Assembly: GCA_029880755.1 (NCBI GenBank)
Contig: JAOUNW010000002.1
Span: 1-46,049 of the forward strand
Source of the DNA: Gammaproteobacteria bacterium
Lineage (GTDB): Bacteria > Pseudomonadota > Gammaproteobacteria > Acidiferrobacterales > SZUA-150
Direction of reading: 5' to 3'
DNA: 46,049 bases
Within the stretch, counting starts at the first letter, position 1; each line of letters opens with the position of its first letter. The notes under the pieces are model-generated. The model searched no databases, was not told where the DNA came from, and worked only from the letters and a program-made list of their open reading frames with translations. Of this stretch, positions 1 to 8,068 are shown piece after piece. A program made the translations under genes and the position numbers.

Positions 1-593
1 GGGGAGAAAAACGCGGACCAGGGCCCAAAGGACAACGCCCCAGAAAACAGGAAACAGAGGAACAGACCAAGCAGCCGACCCCTGCTCAAGCCCAAAGCTC
101 GGACGAACAACGTAAACCCAGAGAGCGCTCCGAAGGCGGCCAGCAACGTGGTCGTGGTCGACGAGGCAACCGGCGCGGCCGTGCGCAAGGCGGCAAGCGC
201 AATCCTAATGAGCAACAGACCCGGGGAACCGGCGACAATCCAGCAAACGAAAGAACCGATAACGGCACACCTTCAAATGTAGACGCTGTCCAAAAATCGG
301 AATCGACAAAGATTAGTCCGGCACCGGTTAGCACAGCAAGCCCTAGACCTCAGCCCGAAACATCAATGCCTTCGGGTGCGCCATCCACAGCGGTTGCGGC
401 TGCATCGGCACCCATTCAGGTAAAACAGGATACTGGCAACACCAGCGCATCGGCGCCCAGCCAGCCTCGGGAAGAATCCAAAACGGCAGCAGCATCGGCC
501 AGTTCAGATGGGCCAAAGTTGATGCAAGTGGAAACCAAGTTCAAACCGGAAGCACAGGAAAAACCTGCTGCCAAGGAAGTGACTCAGGACTAA
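1..593 (+). CDS. 3' end of a gene entering from the left edge; Arg/Gly/Gln/Glu/Pro-rich low-complexity C-terminal tail (RNase E- or DEAD-box helicase-like)
   Basis: Frame 3 is open from nt 3 to the TAA at 591-593 (GEKRGPGPKGQRPRKQETEEQ...RGRGRRGNRRGRAQGGKR...). The listed 366..593 ORF is only its Met-onward end. A terminator follows at 644-669. The product guess rests on composition only. Confidence 0.5.
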   Translation, partial: GEKRGPGPKGQRPRKQETEEQTKQPTPAQAQSSDEQRKPRERSEGGQQRGRGRRGNRRGRAQGGKRNPNEQQTRGTGDNPANERTDNGTPSNVDAVQKSESTKISPAPVSTASPRPQPETSMPSGAPSTAVAAASAPIQVKQDTGNTSASAPSQPREESKTAAASASSDGPKLMQVETKFKPEAQEKPAAKEVTQD

Positions 594-643
594 CAGATAC
601 TTTATGAACCATCTTCAATCGGCAGATGGATTAAATGAAAAAA

Positions 644-669
644 GGCAGCGATATATCGCTGCCTTTTTT
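644..669. terminator. Rho-independent terminator with a bidirectional shape
   Basis: Perfect palindrome GGCAGCGAT-AT-ATCGCTGCC (644-663), flanked by an A-run (638-643) and a T-run (664-669). It lies between convergent genes. Confidence 0.8.
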
Positions 670-708
670 CTATAACATACACTGCATCATCGTTAGTTAA
701 ATCATTTG

Positions 709-1317
709 TCAATCAACCTTGAACTCGGGCTTGATTCCCATGGCGCTGGCCACCAACCGTTTCACCTGCTTCAACGCCTCAGGGACTTCAATATCCATCA
801 CCCACTCCAACACCCATTTGTTGTCAGCCTCGGCCATGATATCGGCCACATGGTCGGCCACAGTACGGCAGAAGGCATAACCTGGACCTTGGGCATCGTG
901 GCTACACTGGGCATATTCCTGTGCGCGCTGGTTGATGATATCGATAAAGGGCTTTATATAATCACCTTCACCAAAAACATCTGTCTGGTTATTTTCCATA
1001 GTCTTGGCCAGATGCAGCGCGGCAGCATTAATCAATTTAGCCCGGTCTTCTTCCGTGACCTGACCGTAGACCATGCGGTCCACCACTTGAATCAAAAATG
1101 CGATCAACTCCGTCAACACGCCAAATAACTGCTTATCGGAAGCAAAGCTGAAATGCTCCTCTTCCATCATGTGGCGAATAACTTGCTGTGCCACTTTCCA
1201 GATATTAAAACCAATCACCCCAGCCCGGTCTTCAACGGTTTTTTCTCGGGTGATATTGGCCTTTCCCCGTCGCACACGTTTGGTTTGGTGCCAGGTGGTT
1301 CTTAATCGTAATGCCAT
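709..1317 (-). CDS. Hypothetical protein (202 aa), family not recognised
   Basis: Long ORF with ordinary globular composition. The overlapping plus-strand ORF 706..1128 has odd His-rich composition and is judged a shadow ORF. Confidence 0.6.
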   Translation of the reverse strand: MALRLRTTWHQTKRVRRGKANITREKTVEDRAGVIGFNIWKVAQQVIRHMMEEEHFSFASDKQLFGVLTELIAFLIQVVDRMVYGQVTEEDRAKLINAAALHLAKTMENNQTDVFGEGDYIKPFIDIINQRAQEYAQCSHDAQGPGYAFCRTVADHVADIMAEADNKWVLEWVMDIEVPEALKQVKRLVASAMGIKPEFKVD

Positions 1318-1411
1318 AATAGTAAGTCGCTCTTAACTGCTCAATAACGGGAAGTGTAACTCTAGCATGGCCGGTTTGTTAAATAGTTTATAATCCTTGT
1401 GGAATCCGCTG

Positions 1412-2125
1412 CTAATGCAGAAACAGTGAAATACCGCCCAGCAATATTAACCAGGCCACGACCCGCCGAAACAAGCGCTCATTCACCTTCAAATGCAAAT
1501 GGTTCGCCAGCCACAGGGTTGCCATAAGAAACGGCGCGGCCCATGCCATCATTAAAAGAATATCGTTGGTCAGGGTACCGTTCCAGACGTAACCTGAAAC
1601 CCGGAACAGGTTCATGGACAGAAAAAATGCCAGGGCATAATTGCGAATCTGGATTTTGCTATCGAATGTCGCCAGTAGCCTAGTCATGGCAATCGGGCCA
1701 CTGATACCAAACAATGCCTGCGACGTGCCAGCCAACGTATCAAGTAACCGCGCCAACCAAAAGGGCAACGCCAGTTTCCCCGGAAAAAACACCAGGTAAA
1801 ATCCAAACACCGTGATAGCAGCAGCCAGCCAGTATTGGAACGAAGAGACAGGCACCAGGTAAAAAAGATACAGGCCGAATACAGCGCCTACTGATGCAAA
1901 TATTACCATGGACAACAAAAAATCCAGTTTAACAGTTTTTTGGGATCGGGATAGCCCTATGGTGCCCACAAGAATTTGTGGCAGGGCTGAGAAAATCACC
2001 AATGTCTTGGTATCAATGATAAAGCTCATGACCATTATCATTAATATGGTGCCCGCCAGGCCGAAGATGATCTCCACCGTGTAAGTCACCATACAAACAA
2101 CTATCAACAGTGCCAACGACAGCAT
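1412..2125 (-). CDS. TauE/SafE (DUF81, TSUP) family membrane permease
   Basis: 237 aa and almost entirely hydrophobic, with about 7-8 predicted TM helices and Gly-rich helix motifs typical of sulfite/anion exporter TauE-like proteins. It sits 28 nt downstream of the 2OG oxygenase gene. Confidence 0.6.
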   Translation of the reverse strand: MLSLALLIVVCMVTYTVEIIFGLAGTILMIMVMSFIIDTKTLVIFSALPQILVGTIGLSRSQKTVKLDFLLSMVIFASVGAVFGLYLFYLVPVSSFQYWLAAAITVFGFYLVFFPGKLALPFWLARLLDTLAGTSQALFGISGPIAMTRLLATFDSKIQIRNYALAFFLSMNLFRVSGYVWNGTLTNDILLMMAWAAPFLMATLWLANHLHLKVNERLFRRVVAWLILLGGISLFLH

Positions 2126-2153
2126 GACTTAATTCAGAAGCAAGAACAGGTAA

Positions 2154-2741
2154 TCAGGCAAACACAACCCACGTTGTGGCAATATATTTCACCCCCGCCT
2201 GCAGTGTGGCGCCGCGATGCTCGTGAGTCCAAAAGGGAGGAAACAATACCAGCTTGCCTTCACGGGGTTTAACCTTGATTTCCTGAAATAGAAACTCGGT
2301 TTCACCACCAGGTCCGTCCACATCATTGAGATACCACACGGCCACTAATTGCCGTTGACTAAACTCATGACTGCCACCATCGATATGCCAATGATAAAAC
2401 TCTCCTGGCAGTGTTCGCTGGATTGCATAACCCATGTCCTTGAAGGGCCCCTTAAAGTAAGTGTATTTCTCCCGGAACTGATGCAGCACCGACCCCAGGG
2501 AGCGAAATAGTGCACGATCTATATCTTTCCAGTCGTCTTTACCGCTGACCACAAGATCAGTGGACCGTTTTACGTCAAGATCCTCTTCCCGGGTCTGGCC
2601 TATACGGCCCGGATACTGCTGCTCCTGTTTCGCCTCAAACCGCCGTATCATCTCCCGGCATACATCTCCCGGCAAAGCGCGATCCACTTCGAATATAAAG
2701 CTATTAGGTCTGATCTCGGTAATACTGTAGGTTTCTGGCAT
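2154..2741 (-). CDS. Fe(II)/2-oxoglutarate-dependent oxygenase (prolyl 4-hydroxylase-like)
   Basis: HxD...H facial triad candidates: YHWHIDGG and FWTHEHRG. Size is 195 aa. Confidence 0.65.
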   Translation of the reverse strand: MPETYSITEIRPNSFIFEVDRALPGDVCREMIRRFEAKQEQQYPGRIGQTREEDLDVKRSTDLVVSGKDDWKDIDRALFRSLGSVLHQFREKYTYFKGPFKDMGYAIQRTLPGEFYHWHIDGGSHEFSQRQLVAVWYLNDVDGPGGETEFLFQEIKVKPREGKLVLFPPFWTHEHRGATLQAGVKYIATTWVVFA

Positions 2742-2947
2742 TGTTTCTGACTTTTATCAACGATTCAGGGTTCGGACAATAAAATTAACTACTTATAATA
2801 ACACGCGTCCATTGGGGCCAGCAAAATCCCATGAGGGCAAAAAATAATGGCTGATTCACCCCTCACAGCTGACGGGTTTACATGGCTTGGCCAGACAACA
2901 CCAACCGTGCTAAATAGGATTGTAACGAAGCCAACACAGTCACAATT

Positions 2948-3994
2948 ATGCTGAATATCGGCGAGCTTATCGACACAGTGCAGACCAACTGCCATATTTC
3001 CGATGCCAAATATGCGGGCAACTATTCCATGTGCACTTTTTTGCTCAAGATGCGAGAGTATTACCGCTGGGAAAACGAATTTTCTTACTCCGCCACACTG
3101 GAAAAGGACGATATCGGCAACTGGCTGGTCAGCCGGGAACGTTCCTGGCAAGAAATAGAATCCGATGATTTTATGCCACTGCCACTGCAGGACACTTATA
3201 TCGATCCCTTCGATACCGATACCATTAATAATATCATTCTGGATCAGGGGTATGTATACAGCAGTGGTTATGGCATTTTTGGAAAACCCCATTTTTTTAT
3301 CGGCCACCTGCTGGAAAAACGGCGACGCGATGACATGACTATTCTTATTTCTTCATGTGAGTATGCGCGCGACCTTGTCGCCCCTCCGGCAATGACCCGT
3401 GATAAAACAATCTTTATTCGCCAGGAATCGGTCACCCGTTTTCTCTGGGAACGTATTGAGGAATGGAAGTGGAATAAGAAAAAGGATACTCCCATGGCAA
3501 GAGCCATCGCTTGTTATGGAAATGACGATAACATTAGCGAGTTGCTTTCACCTCTGACCGATGGTGAGATCGGTATTATGGTACTGCACGAATATGGGGA
3601 AGTTATGGTAGGCAAGCAACTGGGCCCGGATTGGGAAAAGATGCTATGGATGCTGTCAGGCACCAAGGCAGAGTTTATGGTTCGCGCCTTACGCGACAAT
3701 CTGGCGGATTGTCTATCTACCCTGCCTGAGCTTATCAGGATGAATATCGATGCCCCTCTGCATTTATTTTTTGCTAATTTTAGCGGTCTACGCAAACATC
3801 TATTCCCTGAAGCTGCAGAATGTTATCGCCAATGGCTACTGAAAGGCTCCATTAAGCCACTGGAATCGCTGATCTACGTCCACAAAGATATTATGCTGGA
3901 AAAGGCACAACAGATACTGCATCTGTTTCGATCAGGCAATCAGGAAACAGCAGCCGGCATTGAATCGCTTCTGGATCCCGGGCCTGCCAATTAA
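2948..3994 (+). CDS. Conserved-looking hypothetical protein (348 aa)
   Basis: Long ORF with normal composition, divergent from the 2154..2741 gene. No motif I can assign with confidence. Confidence 0.6.
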   Translation: MLNIGELIDTVQTNCHISDAKYAGNYSMCTFLLKMREYYRWENEFSYSATLEKDDIGNWLVSRERSWQEIESDDFMPLPLQDTYIDPFDTDTINNIILDQGYVYSSGYGIFGKPHFFIGHLLEKRRRDDMTILISSCEYARDLVAPPAMTRDKTIFIRQESVTRFLWERIEEWKWNKKKDTPMARAIACYGNDDNISELLSPLTDGEIGIMVLHEYGEVMVGKQLGPDWEKMLWMLSGTKAEFMVRALRDNLADCLSTLPELIRMNIDAPLHLFFANFSGLRKHLFPEAAECYRQWLLKGSIKPLESLIYVHKDIMLEKAQQILHLFRSGNQETAAGIESLLDPGPAN

Positions 3995-4087
3995 GCTGAT
4001 TATCCCGGCAATTACACTTCTATTTCCTGTCACAGGCTTCTGGTAAACTTACGTCTTTCCGCAATCCCATTTTATTAGATAATATTT

Positions 4088-4429
4088 ATGAACCTAGAAA
4101 TTATTATTGAGGACCGACGCAAAACCTTAAACGTTCCCGATGAAATTATGGCCGAAGCTGAGGCGTTTTTTGACAAAATGGATCGTGATATGGATCGCGG
4201 CTGGCAGATGGGACCGGAATTTATTGAGAAACCTGATCAGCTTGACCGTTGCAAAATTGCCGCAGACAAGATCCTGATTGCTATCGATACCAATAATGAG
4301 AATTTGTTGTTAATGATGGCGGGCTATATCCTGTCCCGAATGCCGGGTGTCACGGGTATTAATATCGATACCCAGGGAGAAATGCAAAACACGGAAATCA
4401 TTATGGGGCACGGTGGCCGAATCAATTAA
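4088..4429 (+). CDS. Hypothetical acidic protein (113 aa)
   Basis: ORF co-directional with its flanking genes. No recognisable motif. Confidence 0.45.
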   Translation: MNLEIIIEDRRKTLNVPDEIMAEAEAFFDKMDRDMDRGWQMGPEFIEKPDQLDRCKIAADKILIAIDTNNENLLLMMAGYILSRMPGVTGINIDTQGEMQNTEIIMGHGGRIN

Positions 4430-4453
4430 TTTTTCTGGGAAGGCTGTTACACT

Positions 4454-5128
4454 ATGTTACTCACTATCGCTGACATTTTAGATGAAAAAAAGCTGGCGAA
4501 TATCCGAAAGATTCTTGAAAGCGCCAAATTTGTCGACGGTAAATTGTCGGCAGGCAGTTTTGCCCGTCGTTTAAAAAATAATCAGGAAATGGAGCAGCAG
4601 TCCCAGCAGGCCCAATATCTGGATCAACTCGTGGTGGGCAGTCTGGCGGAAAATGCCATCTTTCGCAACGCCGCCCTCCCCCTGAAAGTATCTCAACCCT
4701 TCTTTGCAAGATATAATGACGGCATGTCTTATGGCGATCATATTGATGACCCTATAATGGGCACAGGTGGCGAACGCTACCGCACCGATGTTTCCGTAAC
4801 CGTATTTCTCAGTGAACCCAGCGAATATGATGGTGGCGAGCTGGTAATCAACACTACATTTGGCCAACAACAAATCAAACTGCCTGCGGGGCACGCAGTC
4901 ATGTATCCCTCATCCAGCCTGCATCATGTGGCTAAGGTTACACGAGGTAACCGACTGGTATCCGTATTATGGATTCAAAGCATGGTACGCGAACCCGCTA
5001 AGCGGGAGATTTTATTTGAACTAAATCAGGCCAGGGAGTCACTAATGAAAAGACATCCTGATAACCCAGAGACAGCGCAAGTTGACCACACCTATGTCAA
5101 CCTGGTGCGTTTATGGAGCGAGGTATAG
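4454..5128 (+). CDS. PKHD-type Fe(II)/2OG hydroxylase (YbiX/PiuC family)
   Basis: Collinear resemblance to E. coli YbiX as I recall it: [50 protein letters not shown]...ILFEL. Confidence 0.85.
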   Translation: MLLTIADILDEKKLANIRKILESAKFVDGKLSAGSFARRLKNNQEMEQQSQQAQYLDQLVVGSLAENAIFRNAALPLKVSQPFFARYNDGMSYGDHIDDPIMGTGGERYRTDVSVTVFLSEPSEYDGGELVINTTFGQQQIKLPAGHAVMYPSSSLHHVAKVTRGNRLVSVLWIQSMVREPAKREILFELNQARESLMKRHPDNPETAQVDHTYVNLVRLWSEV

Positions 5129-5535
5129 CGACATTGTCAAACGACAGCACTAAAACCAAGGAGCAGTGGTTACAACAACTAACACCGGAGCAATATCGCA
5201 TTACTCGCGAGCACGGCACTGAACCAGCCTTCAGCGGTAAATACCACAATTGCAAAACACCCGGTATCTATCAATGTATATGCTGCGGTGCCCGGTTATT
5301 TTCTTCGGAGACAAAATATGATTCCGGCAGCGGCTGGCCCAGTTTCTGGCAACCACTGGAAAAGATGAATATCCTGGAAAAAAAAGATGCCAGCCTGGGG
5401 ATGACGCGCACTGAAGTGCTTTGTGCTAAATGTCAGGCACATCTTGGGCATGTATTCGAAGATGGTCCCAATCCAACCGGATTACGATATTGTATTAACT
5501 CGGCTTCTCTCAAACTAGTGGAAAAGAAAAAGTAG
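5113..5535 (+). CDS. msrB: Peptide-methionine (R)-S-oxide reductase MsrB
   Basis: Two CxxC zinc motifs ([18 protein letters not shown]), GWPSF, and the catalytic RYCINS motif. There is a 16-nt overlap with the upstream hydroxylase gene. Confidence 0.9.
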   Translation: MERGIATLSNDSTKTKEQWLQQLTPEQYRITREHGTEPAFSGKYHNCKTPGIYQCICCGARLFSSETKYDSGSGWPSFWQPLEKMNILEKKDASLGMTRTEVLCAKCQAHLGHVFEDGPNPTGLRYCINSASLKLVEKKK

Positions 5536-5566
5536 GATCTAACAAAGAATACGGAGACCACGTGTT

Positions 5567-6250
5567 ATGAAGAAATTTGCTTTAATTTTGGTCGTCATAA
5601 GCACCACCCTGTTTGTTCACCACATCAGCTATAGCGATACCGCATTACCGGTGATCGAGCCAGAACGCATCATATTCATTAACAGCAAGGTTTTAGAGAT
5701 CAAACCAGATCAAATTGTCCACAAAGAGCCTCTCGACGCCTATCGCCTGCATGAACCAATTCGTTATCGGGAACAAGCGGTATTACTCGAGGACTGGCAA
5801 CGCGTCATCGTCAGCAAGCACATGAATTATTTTGAAGGACCGCGCGGAGAAGTCCGCGTTTATGATTATCAGGGAAACCTGCTGACCCCCGCCATCCAAT
5901 ATCGCGGACGAATTATGATTATCGGTCCTGCCAATCGAATTTTTTTAGGTCAACGATCACGCAGTTATCGCATCGATAGCAGTCTCCTGCTTAACAGTGA
6001 TGGAAAACTAGTGGCAACTATCCCGCAATCACAAGGTGCTTACGACTTTGCCCTGTCTCCGGATGGAAAGATGATTGTTATTTATGCCAGCGGCAAACAA
6101 AAAGACCAGAACATTACTAGTGCAAAATTGATTGATACTAATGGCAAGGAAATCAGAAGTCTGGAAGTCTCCCTGGGACAGACGCTAAATATAGAACACG
6201 AAGGACAGAAGTACGACTTTGTTGTGCCGCCTATTCCGCCTAACTATTAA
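5567..6250 (+). CDS. Secreted hypothetical protein (signal peptide; SPDGK beta-propeller-like repeat motif)
   Basis: The N-terminus MKKFALILVVISTTLFV is hydrophobic, and an SPDGKMIV motif is present. No family assigned. Confidence 0.55.
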   Translation: MKKFALILVVISTTLFVHHISYSDTALPVIEPERIIFINSKVLEIKPDQIVHKEPLDAYRLHEPIRYREQAVLLEDWQRVIVSKHMNYFEGPRGEVRVYDYQGNLLTPAIQYRGRIMIIGPANRIFLGQRSRSYRIDSSLLLNSDGKLVATIPQSQGAYDFALSPDGKMIVIYASGKQKDQNITSAKLIDTNGKEIRSLEVSLGQTLNIEHEGQKYDFVVPPIPPNY

Positions 6251-6431
6251 GCCAGAACATATTAAATGCTTTCTCATATCGACACGGCATTCTCTATTGC
6301 GCAGACAGGAATCGGGATGAAGGCTTCTTTAAGGTGGGTTATTTCGGGAAAATCTATCAATTGCGATTTGTTTAACGCTGCTTCCTTAAATAACAATAGA
6401 ATTCTTTTCACTCTATGTTCGCCACTTTAAA

Positions 6432-7355
6432 CTAAAGGGATTTTTCGGCTTCGGAAAACGTCAGCCCACAGACTTCAACAGGTTCGGTTTTACCTTTCAC
6501 GGTAATGGTCTTCTCCTTTTCCTGCCACAACGACTCAGGCAGGTGTTGATAGGCGTCTTTACCTATAATAATATCCTTACCCATTTCCTTGGAGTAGCTC
6601 TCCAGGCGAAATGTTAGATTGACAGCATCTCCTATAGCGGTATCACTTTTATCCACGCCAACGGCGGCGATACCGGCATTGATGCCCACCCCAATTTTTA
6701 ACTTTGTTCCCTGTAAAGTTGATTTATATTTTTCGTTTATATCATTAGAAATGCTATTCAACATGCACGCTGCTTTTAATGCAGCTGGCACCGCGCCTGT
6801 CATATTGCTTCCCGCCTCCCAGCGAGCATAGACACAGTCCCCCAAAAACTTGTCCACCGTACCCAAACATTTCTGAATACAATCGGTAACCGCATGAAAC
6901 CAGGCATTCATAATCTCGGTTAGAGATTCAATGGCAATGGTCTCGGACAAAGTGGTAAATCCGCGGATATCTGCTACCAGGATCACGAAATTAGACACCT
7001 CCACTTGCCGCTTTATCAGCACCGTCGCCGTCCCGGCCTCGTCGGCCTCCGGCTGCTTCAGCGCTTTTTCATGGATAAAAGCGAAATGACTTGAGCCCAG
7101 CGTAATTTTGTCTCCATTTTGGAGCAGGGTCGGTAGCGAGATGCGCTTGGCGTTGACATAACTGCCGTTTGAGCTGCCACCATCAATAAGGTAATAGTCG
7201 TCATCGCCCAGGCAGCGGACCATGGCATGATTGCGCGAAGCCTTCAAATCCACGAGGACAACATCGTTATTCTTATCGCGGCCAATAGTGAGTATGGTCC
7301 CGCAGGGAAATTCTTTTTTTTCTTCTTTCAGCGCTAACACTAGCGTGGCTGGCAT
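6432..7355 (-). CDS. FHA domain-containing class III adenylate/guanylate cyclase
   Basis: N-terminal FHA signature (GRDKNNDVVL...SRNHA...DGGSSNGSYVN). C-terminal cyclase motifs ILVADIRGFTTLSE, KFLGDCVYA and GINAGIAAVG. Confidence 0.8.
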   Translation of the reverse strand: MPATLVLALKEEKKEFPCGTILTIGRDKNNDVVLVDLKASRNHAMVRCLGDDDYYLIDGGSSNGSYVNAKRISLPTLLQNGDKITLGSSHFAFIHEKALKQPEADEAGTATVLIKRQVEVSNFVILVADIRGFTTLSETIAIESLTEIMNAWFHAVTDCIQKCLGTVDKFLGDCVYARWEAGSNMTGAVPAALKAACMLNSISNDINEKYKSTLQGTKLKIGVGINAGIAAVGVDKSDTAIGDAVNLTFRLESYSKEMGKDIIIGKDAYQHLPESLWQEKEKTITVKGKTEPVEVCGLTFSEAEKSL

Positions 7356-7650
7356 TATAATTACCTTTAGGAATATTCCGTAACTTATTGTATTTTATTA
7401 ACTATAAGTGAATTTTTGTTTTCACTATGACATTCCTCACTCTTGCAGCTTAGACCATAAATTCCCCCAGCAACAAACCCTGAGCCACTGGTTTCGCCTC
7501 GTCTTTCATGGCTTACCACAACATAAATGGCACTTTTCCTGCATACATCCTAAGGAAATCGTCCCGCCGTGGTCTATAGTTAATAGACCTGTCGCGGGTT
7601 AATAACAAAGTATACCGGGATAAATTTGACCGGATACGGGGGTGAACGCA

Positions 7651-8052
7651 ATGAAAGAACGGCACTTTCGAATAATGGTGGGTGTAATACTAATTATTGG
7701 GCTTTACTACGACATGAATGATCTCATTCTTGCGATATTGATCATTATGGCCTTTGAAGCCATTACCAACTGGCGCATACCCATCATGATTTCTCGTCTA
7801 CGATACAGAAAATCTGATGCCCTGGTCTCGCCTGAAACCTCCCACGATGCGGATTCCATCTTCGGCCGATTTCAATTTGAAGCGGAACGTATGTTTCGTA
7901 TTCTTGTAATTCTTTTTGTCGCCACAGGCCAATACCTGTTCCCAGAGCAAATCTGGTTTATTCCCTGGTTCGTAGCATTTGCCTTATTGGGTGCAGGTCT
8001 CTCCGGCGCCTGTCCCATGGTCCTGGTATTACGCAAACTGGGATTCCGCTAA
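7651..8052 (+). CDS. DUF2892 (YgaP-like) small membrane protein
   Basis: Hydrophobic helices and a C-terminal GACPM motif. The ATG at 7651 is preceded by GGGGG (7638-7642). The listed ORF starts at the GTG at 7642. Confidence 0.55.
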   Translation: MKERHFRIMVGVILIIGLYYDMNDLILAILIIMAFEAITNWRIPIMISRLRYRKSDALVSPETSHDADSIFGRFQFEAERMFRILVILFVATGQYLFPEQIWFIPWFVAFALLGAGLSGACPMVLVLRKLGFR

Positions 8053-8068
8053 CCCGAGCTGTGCCGCC

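Noticed and set aside
86-334. 82-aa minus-strand ORF
   Set aside because: It lies antisense to the open low-complexity frame that runs from the window edge to 593. Its Arg/Pro/Cys-rich composition is typical of a shadow ORF in GC-rich repetitive coding sequence.
2789-3307. 172-aa minus-strand ORF overlapping the start of the 348-aa plus-strand gene
   Set aside because: It overlaps the longer, better-behaved ORF 2948..3994 by 360 nt and has an odd composition. I treat the non-overlapping part as the divergent promoter region.
7979-8068. Upstream extension of the GGDEF-EAL ORF
   Set aside because: It overlaps the end of the DUF2892 gene. The first ATG after that gene's stop (8069) opens directly onto a TM helix and is the more plausible start.
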